Below, piece after piece: positions 63,714 through 64,000 of a stretch of 64,000 nucleotides of DNA. Below the pieces are notes generated by a model, which did no database searches, was not told where the DNA came from, and saw nothing but the letters and a program-made list of their open reading frames with translations. Where the stretch lies: positions 288,001 to 352,000 of the forward strand of contig CAXMWX010000005.1 in NCBI GenBank assembly GCA_963422205.2, given 5' to 3'. This stretch comes from Gammaproteobacteria bacterium (lineage in GTDB: Bacteria; Pseudomonadota; Gammaproteobacteria; Eutrophobiales; Eutrophobiaceae). How positions within the stretch are numbered: the stretch's first letter is position 1; each line of letters opens with the position of its first letter. Position numbers and translations under genes: made by a program.

Positions 63714-64000
63714 GTTAAACCAGTGCACTGTTCATATCCGATGGGAAGCCCATCCAGTTTTCCGGTTCAATCAGCCCGCTGCCCTGGTAAATCAGATCAA
63801 CATGTATCATGATAAACGCCCAAAAAGCGTTTTTCTGTATTGCTTGCATCCACGACCAGCTCATGGATATACCAGCGACAGCGGCCTGTATCATCCTGCA
63901 AGTCCACCAGGCCGCACAAATGCGTGTGAAAAACGATTGGAAAAGCGCTCATCGTATCCTGCCAGAACGACACGATATTCTCGCGCCCCTCAATGCGATT
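63714..64000 (-). pseudogene. NTF2/SnoaL-like protein remnant (partial)
   Basis: Manual translation IEGRENIVSFWQ..GRCRWYIHE..LGVYHDT with a frameshift. Confidence 0.5.

Overview
Gammaproteobacterial chromosomal window (inferred from the trpS-scpAB, clpSA, argAE and recA-recX-alaS synteny; a marine or host-associated lifestyle is only suggested). Housekeeping blocks are scpB/scpA/trpS, yciB-bolA-dapE, aceA, clpS-clpA, argA-argE, ilvD and tRNA-Arg-recA-recX-alaS. Four accessory regions interrupt them. (1) A BglII/BstYI-type R-M pair at 3.4-5.1 kb. (2) A ~14.5 kb defence island at 16.6-31.1 kb holding a truncated helicase, two integron cassettes with attC sites but no integrase, a type III-like Mod gene, a lipase / gasdermin-like / Lit-like HExxH peptidase triplet, a GHKL(MORC)-ATPase with a methyltransferase, and an IS481-like element. 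(3) Nutrient modules at 32-44 kb: a PQQ-cytochrome c dehydrogenase, BCCT-betA-TBDR-betI, and an S1/P1 nuclease with an Oar-type TBDR. (4) An autotransporter, DUF1640 paralogs and a heavily decayed steroid/lipid-catabolism-like cluster at 49.8-64 kb. The best candidate for a new system is the membrane-anchored gasdermin-like protein with its metallopeptidase and class 3 lipase. The second is a set of 23-27 bp hairpins inserted repeatedly into the IS481 transposase. Several single-base frameshifts, mostly in short homopolymers (including in dapE), may be assembly errors. All family assignments are by-eye motif recognition, not database results.
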